A stretch of 64,000 nt of DNA, from NCBI GenBank assembly GCA_002269645.1, contig NIVC01003262.1:44601-108600 (forward strand), written 5' to 3'. The position numbers and the translations under genes were made by a program. Shown here one piece after another: positions 13,081 through 24,600 of the stretch (position 1 is its first letter; every line of letters begins with the position of its first letter). The DNA comes from Macrostomum lignano (lineage: Eukaryota). A model generated the notes under the pieces. It had not been told where the DNA came from. It worked only from the letters and a program-made list of their open reading frames with translations, and did no database searches.

Positions 13081-14020
13081 GCCACTATCGCTAATCAAGT
13101 AAGTCCGTTATCCTGTTTTCTGTCATTCGGTTGCCCTAGGTTAGCCATATCGGTACTGTCTAATCTGTACGCCAGCCAGTGCGTCCCGATGTCTCGCTGA
13201 AGGCGGCCGACACCACTGCGTCTCGCGGTGAAACAATCAGAAACATTCTGAAACAATCAGAAGGCTGCATGACGTTCTGACGCCCCAGACTTTTGGAGAT
13301 TGCTAGCACTTGCGCCCGAGCACAGGCTGGCAAGAACCAGAACCCGTACTGTAATAAATACTGTACACTTTAGGACCCACCGTACTGCCTAGGCCGTGGC
13401 TCCACGGATACAACATCCGATTCCGAATCGTGATGCTTTCTGTAAGGCAACTCAAACTGCTGAGCTACATTGTGAAGCGAACTCCACCGGTATTCCTTCA
13501 CATCGACGCTACAGACTCAATAATCAATCCAATTCAAAGTCCAGACAACTCATGCTATACAGTATCGTAAACACAGCAACCGACGCAACAAATCTAGTTC
13601 CAGTACTATCGCTTCTCCCTAACTCACATTCAGTGGCTTCCATTTCACATTCGCTAAAACTTTTTTCATCATGGATTGCTTAAAGTGAAATCGGATTCAC
13701 ATTGGCATTCATATGTTCCTAATGTTTTCGTTACTGACTTTTCATGGGCTAACATACATTCACGCTTGGGTTTTCCCCGTTGTTAAATAGTTGTTAAACA
13801 AACTGACGAAAAGATGGGGGAAGATTCAGCGACAGAAGAAGGCGACAACGGTGCATTGAAGAGTTCCCTATTTTATAAATATTTTAAACAACTGTTCGAT
13901 GGTACATCAGCTCGTGAAAGCTTCTGCTCTGAAGACAGCAAGCCATTCTGTTCTCCGTGTTAAGGAAGACATGCAAGACAGGCCATTTTTAAGAGCTAGG
14001 TATCTCAAAGACTCAGAGAC

Positions 14021-14028
14021 TAATAATA

Positions 14029-14063
<35 letters not shown>
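14021..14063. repeat. (AAT)n microsatellite
   Basis: Direct reading of the sequence. Confidence 0.95.
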
Positions 14064-14064
<1 letters not shown>

Positions 14065-14599
14065 GACGATTGCTTTAGTTATGGTGCCTTTAGTCTAGTA
14101 TGTCAGACTGACTGAAGGCACCACATGTCAGAAGTTTAATTTTGGTAGGGAGCTACAATATCAGCAAGCAAACAAAAATTTTCTGAGAAAGTGCGATAAT
14201 ACATGGGAATAGTAATCCGCAAAAACTTCGTGGATCCTAACCAAGCTTCGTGCTCTATTTGTCAAGCAGAAAGAGCCACATTAATTCAGACGGTGCAGCA
14301 ACAGTTGATTCGAAATCTGTGTTTCGAAAATCTTTAGTTCATAGTTACTTGTAAATTGCTGAAGAATCCACCCACTTTACTTTTACCTCTTGTACAGGTA
14401 ATACATGCTTTATACGTATATTTTTGTGTTACAAGATTACAAGATTACAATAATTTCATTTTTAGTATATGGATTTACAAATATCTATGCGAATATCGCT
14501 CGGGAAATCCCTGCATCGGTGACAGTCAATTCGATGTTCGATGCTTTTTGCCGGTCTAATGTCACACGTACTTAGTAAAACAAATGTTGAGACACGAGA

Positions 14600-15150
14600 A
14601 AATGTTGAAAAGACTCAACGTCGAAAGTACTAGTGAATTTATACTTTATACTCAAAGTCATTAAGTGTTCTTGAAATGGAAACAACCAATTGGACACTAT
14701 ATTTGGTTCATTATTTGCCTGAAGAATTGAGATTTTCGCAGATTCTAGCACAGTGACTGACTGCCGCTGATAGAATGGGGCTAAAAGTGTGCATCGTTGT
14801 CTGCGATCAGGAACCGACGCAATGGAACGCACTGAAGAAATTGGGAGCCAGAGCAGGGCAGCAGTCAGCTGTGACGGTAAAGCTGCACAATGAAACTGAA
14901 GTGAAGATACCAGTGCTGATAATGTCCCTCACTGCATTAAAAATACGCAAAACGCTCTGCGTGATTGAATTCGATTATGATGGTCTAACCAAGAATGGCA
15001 GGAAATTCTCCTAATTGCTGGACTCTAACTTACTAAGCCTGACCAACTCAGACTGGTGCCAAAGCTGCGGGATTGCCATTTGAATCAAACGTATCTAGGA
15101 GGAATCAAAAGCTGCTATTGGTTCTGAGCTGCGTCTGCACAGCCATAAGC
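14600..15150 (+). pseudogene. Old, degraded P-element transposase fragment
   Basis: Across frameshifts: KWKQPIGHY (about 14673), GLKVCIVVCDQEPTQWNALKKLG (14778), DNVPHCIKNTQNAL (about 14918) and LRLVPKL (about 15050). These are P transposase core motifs in the correct order. Confidence 0.7.
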
Positions 15151-15475
15151 ATAAAGAAAAGTGACTATCATCTCTTTTGAATTCGTACACTCGCATGAAG
15201 CTTCACCACTGGTGCAAAGCTCAACAAGCATTAATACGAGCAGCCAAGAAGCGCAGAGCTTCCAAAAGAAGCACTGCTTAGGCAGATCAACGGAAGGTGC
15301 GAAGTCTGTTCCTAGGACGTCTAATGGTAAGGCTGCTTGGACGCTAACTGTTTTTATCTTCTTATTTATTAATTGTAGCAATGTCTTAATGTAGTTTAAT
15401 GTTGTGTTCGCTGCTCAATTTTAGTCATAACTTAATCTCCAGTTACTTTAATCTTGTTGTAAATAACACATGCTA

Positions 15476-15894
15476 TAGTATTTGTCATGCTATCTCAGCC
15501 TAGAGACATCCAAACTCAGCCAGTCCCATTCCGCAATGCGTTTTTTTGGCTCGAGCTAGTCGACTTTTACCATAGACATGCTTCTTAAGGCCATGCTAAC
15601 TCAGCCTGGGACATGCAATCTCAGCCAATATAGATTTCAATTGCAAACAGATCTCAATGCTATCATTTCTATAACGTGACATGAAATGGCAACAAACAGC
15701 AATGAATGAACGCAGCAAGAAAAGTCAGTAAGGGCACGCAACAACGCTGAGATTGCATGTCCCAGGCTGAGATAGCATGGCCTTGAGAGGCATGTCTATG
15801 GTAAAACTTGACTGGCTTACGTAAAAAATCGCACTGTCGAGATGGGCTGGCTGAGTTTGGATGTCTCTAGGCTGAGATAGCATGACAAATACTA
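15476..15894. mobile_element. 419-bp MITE with long (about 175 bp) TIRs and TA target duplication
   Basis: It begins TAGTATTTGTCATGCTATCTCAGCCTAGAGACATCC and ends with the reverse complement. TA lies at 15474-15475 and 15895-15896. Confidence 0.9.
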
Positions 15895-16222
15895 TATTAG
15901 AATTGCAGCACTAAGTAGTGAAAATGGGCGATGTACATTACTTTCTATTCTTTACCTCAGGAGTAATATCTATGCCTTTTATTTTGACTAAAGCGAGTTA
16001 ATTCGGTATTCTGATGTGTTCTATGGTTTTGAGTCCTTCTGTGCCTCGTAGCTGTAGAGCTTTCGCAATATTCTTTCCACGCTGCTGCACTATCCTCAGA
16101 CTTTGTTACAAGTTTTCCATTTGCGTCCAAATGCTTCCATTTGTATTTGTGTGCTTGGATTTGACCACAGTTGCCCTTGTGAAACTTAGCTTCTTCAAGG
16201 TTTTATAGGCCTGTTACATGTT

Positions 16223-16495
16223 AACCATCGCCAGCTTCAATCCCGCCTCAAGTTGCGCCCCGCAACCATCGCCAGCTTCAATCCTGCCTCAAGTTGCGCC
16301 GCAACCATCGCCAGCTTCAATCCCGCCTCAAGTTGCGCCCCGCAACCATCGCCAGCTTCAATCCCGCCTCAAGTTGCGCCGCAACCATAGCCAGCTTCAA
16401 ACCCGCCTCAAGTTGTGCCGCAACCATAGCTAGCTTCAATCCCGCCTCAAGTTGCGCCGCAACCATAGCCAGCTTTAATCCCGCCTCAAGTTCCA
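16223..16495. repeat. About 39-bp tandem repeat, about 7 copies
   Basis: Unit CAACCATCGCCAGCTTCAATCCCGCCTCAAGTTGCGCCG, with small indels. Confidence 0.9.
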
Positions 16496-17049
16496 CCGCA
16501 CTCACCAGCTTTCATGCAACATCCAAATGTTCAACAAAGAAAAAATTGCGGCTTAAAATAGAAAAGGATGGAGACAAAGTAAGAAGAGAATACGGATACC
16601 TGACACATTTAGAAAAAAATTTGCAGCACTTTATAAGATGCGCTAAAAGCGGCTATTCCGTGACTTTGGAATTTCCCCCGCGTGCGAGCTTCAGCCAGTA
16701 AGAACTTAGGGGGGACTATTATTAGATTCCACCAGCCAATAAAATGCATGGGGGAATATCCTAATTTTTTGTAGGTTCTGGCCATAGACTCGCTTTCAGA
16801 TGAGCGATCCTTTCTATTCCTTTATCCATGATTTTGACTGAGAAAAAGGCTTGGAAACTTTGAGACAGTTTTTTGTTTATCTTGAGGCAGTCTATGCCTT
16901 GAAAAAATTGGCTACTGCTTCAGTTTTTTACCATAGATGTTGGTCAGACAAACGTATGTACGTCTTGGCACTGAGGAATTCAAAAGAACAGGAAAGCAGT
17001 TCTCGCTCTGTTCGTGTTGATAATATGAAGGACGAAGGATGATTGACAG

Positions 17050-17450
17050 CGACGCATAATCTTTGCTGGAAGAAGGCAGCTAGGCCACAAAAGTCTTTTG
17101 AAGAGGCGCTAGAGCGACCTGACCGGCGGAAAAAACTGTCTGCGACTGTCCAGGACCGACAGCGCCTGATTTCTGCTCACGACTCTATCCCCAACTGATT
17201 TACCAGCTGCATAAAGAGGACCAAATCATTCGAAATCATCCGGAGCGGCTTTAATATCTGGACCCGCCCCTCAATCGGAAGATTGGAGCAATGCATGCGA
17301 GCCTATCGAGTCGTTTCTGGCCAGAAGGGGCAACGCGTGACGGTGTGTCTAGCAGTGATCCTAAAACTGGGAGTTATGCACTACTAATGCTACGACAAGG
17401 GAATGACGAGAGAACGATTCAGTGAATATATTTTAATTGCCATCGGCAAC
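17050..17450 (+). pseudogene. Tc1/IS630-like (DDE_3-type) transposase remnant
   Basis: Reads SGFNIWTRPSIGR...RVVSGQKGQRVTVCLAV...GVMHY*CYDKGMTRERFSEY, typical of the region after the first catalytic Asp. Confidence 0.65.
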
Positions 17451-17599
17451 TAATTGGCAGGTGCACCCGGATCAGCCTTGTAGCCTCGAGATTGATAACG
17501 TCAGCAGTAACAATGAGGCGGAAGATTATGTGCTACCTGGACTGGCTGAGATACTCATAAGGCGTCTATCTATGTGTTATTTAAAAATTACGAGTGTAA

Positions 17600-17930
17600 T
17601 ACGTCTTCGAAGCGTTGAATAATGAGCGTACAACAGTCGATAATCATTGGAGGTAGACAATGATTCGCCATGAGTGACTAAAATTAATCATTGTCTATGA
17701 TAAAACCATATGCACAAACACATTGTCTCATGAATGTATTTTTAGTAGCCTTAAATGATTCCGAAGCGTTGAATAATGAGCGTACAGCATGACACAATTA
17801 TTATTTTTCACGAGTGGCAAAGCAAAGTTAAATATTGACTATGACAAAACATATGCACAAGAACATTGCCTCATGAAAATATTTTTAGTAGCCTTAAAAA
17901 TTGATTTCGAAGCGTTGAAAAATGAGCATA
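17600..17930. repeat. About 150-bp degenerate tandem repeat, 3 copies
   Basis: CGAAGCGTTGAA(T/A)AATGAGC recurs at about 17608, 17762 and 17908. Confidence 0.75.
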
Positions 17931-18319
17931 CATTATGGGAAAATGCTACGTCTTTACGACTTTTTTCTGAAGCAAACACAACCAAGAACAGACGTTCGAG
18001 GGGCACTGCAGAAGTTTTTAGCCATGAGTATATAGAAGTTCTGATTTACTCCATACTTCACACATAAAAATGCACATAAGCGAAGCATTTAACTCAATTT
18101 TCACAAAAATAGATTACATAGTCGCTCAGCTGCATTCAATTTCCCACCACACGTTGAGCATTTGCTCTAATTGAACATGTAACTAAATCGCGAGCATTTA
18201 CAATCTACGATTGTAAATCTGGTTTAGGTCGTCAACAGTGCCATCAAAGACTGTAATCGGCTTTTTCAGACTCTGTTCCGTCTTTTGCAACCGTTACCAG
18301 CTTGTTCCACGAATTTCAG

Positions 18320-18815
18320 CACGGGCAGACAGACGGCCAACTGGTACAACATTGGAAACATTGCAGCTAAGCGCAACATTATTGAAGCTGATCGGCGAGT
18401 GACCTATCACGAGATAGAGGCGGCCCTGGGGATTCTGCGATCCAGCATATCCTGCACCATCCCATTAGCGTGCAAAAGCTGACGAGCCGTTTGGTGCCGC
18501 ACTTGCTCATAGCTGAACAGATACAGGCCAGGTCAGATTGGTGCAAGCAAATGATCAGAAAGTTCGAAAATGGCCTATCCAAGGCGGTTTCCGACATCCC
18601 CACGTGTGATAAGACGTAGATTTACTTCTATGAGCCGGAGCGAAAGTGTCAATCGGGTGTGTGGGCATTCACCGACGAGGCATCTTCAACCAAGGTTGTC
18701 CGAGGCAAGAGCACTGATAAGCTGATACTGGCTGTGTTCTTCAGGAGATGCGACCATGTCGCAAAGGTGAAGCTGCAGCAGCAGCGCACAATCACAGCTG
18801 CCTGGTACATAGCGC
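18320..18815 (+). pseudogene. Mariner transposase internal fragment
   Basis: IEADRRVTYHEIEAALG, KLTSRLVPHLL, TCDKT*IYFYEPE..QS..W, KLILAVFF. Contains stops and frameshifts. Confidence 0.85.
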
Positions 18816-19109
18816 CGTTGCTTTTTTGTTTGGTTTGAGCGCATGAAAATTTGTGTGCAAGCGTGTATTTTGAGAAGCTGTGATAGTTTCTTAATAATAG
18901 CTTGTTCTCACTGGGCATTGCTATAACCTTCTGCAGTGCCCCTCGTAATAAGGTAGCAGTCAAAATTGATTGTAAACTGTTCAATATTGATGAGGAGTTG
19001 TCAAAAATGAAGCAGACTTCTTGGGTATTGAAACAGTTTGGGTAGTGTCAGTTTTGAAGAAACCTGTCAAAATAGAATCGGACCTTGCAGTCCAATTAGT
19101 CATGTGTGC

Positions 19110-20700
19110 GATGTGTGTTACTTTTGTTTAGCCGACGTGGACTTCCACTGTTGAGCGAACTATTCAGCCCTCAGTGCGGGTGCAGCCGTCATTGCAAATT
19201 TCCCTTAAGTGCACGCCACCCACTTCACTGTAAGTCTGAGCCAGCCGGTTTTGGCTAGCTGTGGACCCTAGCGCGTCCCCTTCGCTCGCCTTGCGATTAG
19301 CTGGCGGCCCAGTCAATCGTTTAGATACTATTTTCCTCCAATCGCGACCCCGTCGCGCTCTGTAATTTGCGAGACTTGTCATTTTGGCTAGCTGGGCCTG
19401 GGGTAGCAATACCCCAGGGCTTAACCAGTTACCGAAAATATATATTGATATATATTCAATGTACTGACCCGTAATGTAGCTCCCTCTCTCTACTCCCTCT
19501 GCCAACCGTCCCCACCCCTTCTATGCTCGCAACTTATTGTTAACTATTTTTATAATGCACTTTACTGTATTTTGGTGCCACTGCACCAGACCTATCTTAT
19601 TGATTTATTTAATATTGAAGTTTATTTATTTACCCAGCCATTGTCTGTGATTTCGCACCCCTGATTATGGCTAGCCCTCTCTCCCCGCGCCCTCTCATTG
19701 GCTGTCGCTGTCATCTCTTATTATTGTTTCGTACCCCCCTTTTGCGTTCTGCGTGGCTGCAGCCAATTCCCTTCCGCTCTCTGCCCCACCGCGCCGTTTC
19801 TCTTACCCTGCAGCTTTAACCCCACTCCATTTTGAGCAGACTTATTTATTGGCGTGCGCGCCGCCCTTCTGTTTCCCGCGGGTGTTGTTTCCCCCTTTCT
19901 GATTCGCTTCTACTCGTTACCCTGAGTCATGACTGGTTAAAAGTCCAGGTGATTCATAGTCTGCCGCTAAACAAAGACACCGTGAGAAAGCTAGCCCAGC
20001 AAAAATCTAGATTCCTAGAGACAAATAACCGAGGAGAATTCTAGGGCGGGCGAGACGATTAGCCCAATTCCGCAAAGTGCCAGAACGCGGGTCCACGATA
20101 TACTACTCATTAGTAACAATACTTGAACTGGATTTAACGATTAATTTAGTAAGTAACACTATCAAACATAATTAATGTAAAACCCGTTAAATTTGGTAGC
20201 GACAGTGGGATTTGATATCCAAGCCATCAATTCTTTAAAAGTTTAGATCCGTACAATTGGTGGCAGCTAAAGTGAGATTTAGAGTAGGCCTCACTTGCTT
20301 GCGTTCCTTCAACTTTAACTTTCTTAATGAACAATCCTATTAATAATCTTATCGAAGCTTTGACTGAGCAACTCCACCAAAGGCTGGAGATTCGCCAACC
20401 AACTAGGCATATTAAGATCCAAAAAATTACACCTAATCAGGATGTGAGGGTTTGGATTGCAGCCTTAGAGCAGAGATGTGAGATCGAAGGTATTCCTAGA
20501 GACCAATTTAAGCAGGAGATCATGTTGAACTTGGACCTTGGCACCACGTTTGCCTCGGTCAAGTGCATGAATCTACCCGATTATCTAACTTACGAATAAT
20601 TTTCGTAAGGCTAGACTTATTGAGCGTTTTGGAAAACTAGGTAGCACAGCAGAGTTTAGGGAAGAGTTTAGAATGAGACTTCATAGGAAAATTTTCGGAG
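19110..20700 (+). mobile_element. Gypsy-like LTR retrotransposon 5' remnant (LTR-like region, PBS and broken gag)
   Basis: PBS TGGTAGCGACAGTGGGATT at 20194-20212 (tRNA-Leu-like). gag-like ORF 20327-20599 (DVRVWIAALEQRCEIEG) continues as IERFGKLGSTAEFREEF. The left LTR boundary is approximate. Confidence 0.65.
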
Positions 20701-21617
20701 GCAGTGAAAAGTAAGCCAAGTCTAGACACTCCAGGACAAATAGTTGAAAATTTTCTCCTCTAGACTATTCAAATTCGCACGTGAGCGCACGTGAAATCTG
20801 ATTCGCCTCAAAGCGATCCTCTCGCGCGCAAATCTTATCATCATCCGCTAATTCAGCCTTCTTCTACCAGATTAGCTAAACATCCGCATAATTCTTCAGG
20901 CATCGATTCGAGTTCTGAAAGTGAGAACGAGCAATCTGCTCCTAGTTATTTGATCACGTGGAGAGCTGATAGCGTAGTTGCTAGTTTAGATATTGGAGAA
21001 TTGCTAGAGGAACCAGGCAAAGCGCCGATGAAGTAGCGTTGCCTGAGATTCACGAGCTTGAACAGGCTCCAGAAAGTGTGATAGCAATCAGTGAGACTCA
21101 GAATACTGCTGCAGAATCAGACAGTGAGTACTCGGTTACAGATAGTGTTAAACAAGATTGCGTTAGAATTTGCGCTACCATGGCAAATCCTCCGCGCATC
21201 TGCTTATGGGAAAGCGCCAGCTTAGGAAATTCTGGCCAAAAAAAATAATAAAACCCAAAGACGCGAGAAGCGTGACCCCAAGGATCCATCTGTCTCTCGC
21301 ATTAGGAACTGGTTTGGGTGCCTCGACAGTTGGGTCCCGACTTACAAATTATCTTATTTGAACAGTGGTCCTTGCACCTTGCACTTCGCGACATATTTAT
21401 TCAACATATTTATCAACTTATTTACCCGGTGTTGCTAATTGCTGACATTATCCGTGCTCATTTTGGTATCAGTGTCCGTCTATCCTTGCTTATCTTGCTT
21501 CTTAAATTGAAAACCAAATTCTTGTAGTGAAATTGTGGCTAAGTTAGCCCTTTGATCATGCGATGGTGGCATGTTGACAAAATTGGGCCAACGCGGTCTG
21601 ATGAGTCAACCCCATCC

Positions 21618-24600
21618 CAAGGACTACTTAAGTATCGTTTATAGAAGGACGCTGCACTCGCGGTTCGTGTAATTTTTTTTGAAGGCCAATTTTCGCCGAA
21701 AAATACATTAACGAGATACAAAAAATTCACGATTTTCATCTTCAATGGCTTGCTCAGACTGACTACAACCCTGCTGAAAAGAAAAAACTGCTGAAACTTA
21801 TCAAAAAGACCTAGTGTATTCGCTCCTCTATTGTATTTCGCCAAGTTAGTGTCCTTGACACGTTTACTTTTAAATACTTCGTATTTTTTCGAGGGTTTTC
21901 AATTCTGTAATGTTAAATGTTAAAGGTTGGATTAAAGTGTTAGTTTCTCTCAATAATCAGTAGTTTCTTTAGCATTCTATGATGACTGCTTTCTATGTCT
22001 TTATTTTTTTGGTAAATTTAAATTAGCTATAGACATTCTATATTAAATGTTAGTCTATACCCTGGCTATGCCTGATATATAATAATATCTAGGGCCTACT
22101 ATGCTTTTTTAGCATGTTCTACAAAAATGTTGTGTAGAAAGGACCTACTGATTAGTTTATGAGTAGATCGTTATAAAGTATTATTCTTAATTTGAAGGTA
22201 GATAGATATTAGATACTTGCATATTGTATAGAAGGTACTAATTTTACTATTCTGTCAAATATCTGTAGATTAGGCTTCTTAAACGGTTCTACTGGATACA
22301 AAAGTTCTATTTTCAGACTTGTCTTGAAACTTTATATTTTATTTAAATGATAGGCCTAACAACATATTGAATTTATTTCTGCTGTTTGGAGAGCAGTTTT
22401 TTAACCTAGTCTAGTTTAATGGAACCAAGATATATTCAATACTCAGGCCTTGCATTGAATTTAAAATATAAATATTTATATATAGAAAGTGATTCTAAAG
22501 GAAAATGCGTATAATAGACTTTAGAAGACAAATTTTCAACTTTAGTAATACTATTGAAGTGATTTAGTATAGAATTGATTATATTGGCCTGTTGGGATAA
22601 AAGCAATACAGTATTGTAGCAATTTTTTTACTAGATATAATGTATAGAAGCTGTATATATTTCTTTTTGTTAGCTTCAGAATTTCTGCAATGCCAATGAA
22701 ATGCTGTCTTCCAAAGTGTACAAGTAACTACAAATCTGGTGAGAAGGTGACAGTGTATAGCTTTCCAAAGGATAAAGAAGACTACAGCATGTGGATCCGA
22801 GCTTTGCCACCAAATGTTAAGGTATGGTGCTATTGCTGCTATTGCATATTCTTGTCTTGCTTAATTCACATGCTAATGGAACATTAGTACAATATGATAT
22901 AATACTTACTGTTTTAGAGTCCATCTAAATACATGGGCATTTGCCAAAAACATTGGCCAACAAATGCACCAATGTTAAAGGTCAAGCGATTCATGCGCCC
23001 TATGGACCCACCAAGTGTATTCCCAAATCTTCCAACAGGCTCTCTTCGCCTGACTGAGCCAAGTAAGTATATCTCATAGCAAGGTTAAATATTACAGTTT
23101 GTACCAAATGATAGGCTTTCTATAATATTTTACTTAATTAAGTTTTTGTCTGATTTCATACCTTACATATTATTATTCTTACTTCAGAGCACTCTAGAGA
23201 TGTTCAACGCCGCGGTATTCTGTTAAACCAGCGGGCTCAAATTGCTGATGAAATGGACTCATTCAATGAGACTGATCGGATTCACTCATGGAGTTCCTTT
23301 GTTGAGAAATCTGCCACCCTTGACTTCGTTGCAAATGAGTGGATAGTGCAGCGTGACGAATCATGTGTGCGATTTGTCCTTCTTTGGGAACTAAGAGTTG
23401 AATGCTCAATTTCAGTCATGTCCGACTTTTCTGTTATTGCAAATCGTCATAACACCCCAGTGTCAGTGTCTGAGCTGCTGGGTTTTCAACATCGACTTGA
23501 GCGCTACAGCCAATTGGAAGCAGTACAAAATAAAGTTCGACAAGCTGAAGTAAATCCAATCAAGGAATTCAATGCATATTTGGACGCACTACAGCCACTT
23601 TGTCAGGAGCTGCAGAACCCGCGCCATTCATTCCTTGTTCGACAGCTGCAACTGAGTGTTGTTCAGCATCATGGCGTACGGTATGCTGCAAATGATATAA
23701 TGACAGCTGCCAGAATGTACTTCACCAGTCGTGCTGGCTATCGTGCAATGAGAGAGTTCGCCTGTCTACCACATCCAGACACTCTCAAACGTCATCTGGG
23801 TGGACTTGGCAGCATTGGAACCGACACCGACTGTCAGCAAATTGTCAAGTCGAATTTCGAACACAACACACCGTCTCAGTGCCTGTGCTCAATCATCTTT
23901 GATGAAGTGTATGTGCAACCTTCACTTCGTCTCAAAGGTGTCCATGTAGTTGGCTTTGCTGAGGATGTTCCACAGAAGCTTGCTCGGACTATTCTCGCCA
24001 TTATGGTAAAACCATTTATGGGCGCACCTGCGTTTGTTGCCAGACTTGTGCCAATCTATAGTTTACAGCCTGCGTTTTTACACAGACAGGTTGTACGACT
24101 TATTGAAATTGTCCACGGCTGTGGTGGTACAGTTGTGAGCTTGATTTGCGATAATCACTTCACTAACCAGAACTGTTTCAAACTGTTTCATTGCGACACA
24201 AACACACCATGGCTTGCCGAAAACCCTGCAGACGCAGAGAAACCATTGTTTCTGTTGTTTGACACAGTGCATTTGTTTAAGAATATAAGAAATAATTGGT
24301 TCACTCAAGCGCACAAGGAGATCGATTTTCACCCATCAGCAGATAAGCAGGAACGTGTTTGCCGAGCACGCTGGAATGATATTGTTGAAATCGAGGAGCG
24401 ATCCCGTGGACAAGTAGTTCGCCCGACTTCAGTCAACTCTGTCGCGTGCAATCCGTCTCCACTGGAGCGACAAAAGGTGTCACTAGTTGTCGACATCTTC
24501 AACGAGAAGACGGTTGCCGCACTTCGTGTTAACGGTCGCCATGACTCAGCCGACTTTGTGGACCATGTGGTCACCTTTTGGAAAATAGTTAATGTTAAAT

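Noticed and set aside
16500-16701. FLYWCH-like zinc finger (YGYL..IRCAKSG)
   Set aside because: Key Trp, Cys and His residues are missing and no linked MULE transposase is present. Too weak to call.
21596-21617. Hammerhead-like CTGATGAG right at the P insertion site
   Set aside because: Rebuilding the empty site gives no GAAA after a stem II and no stem I/III with a cleavage triplet.
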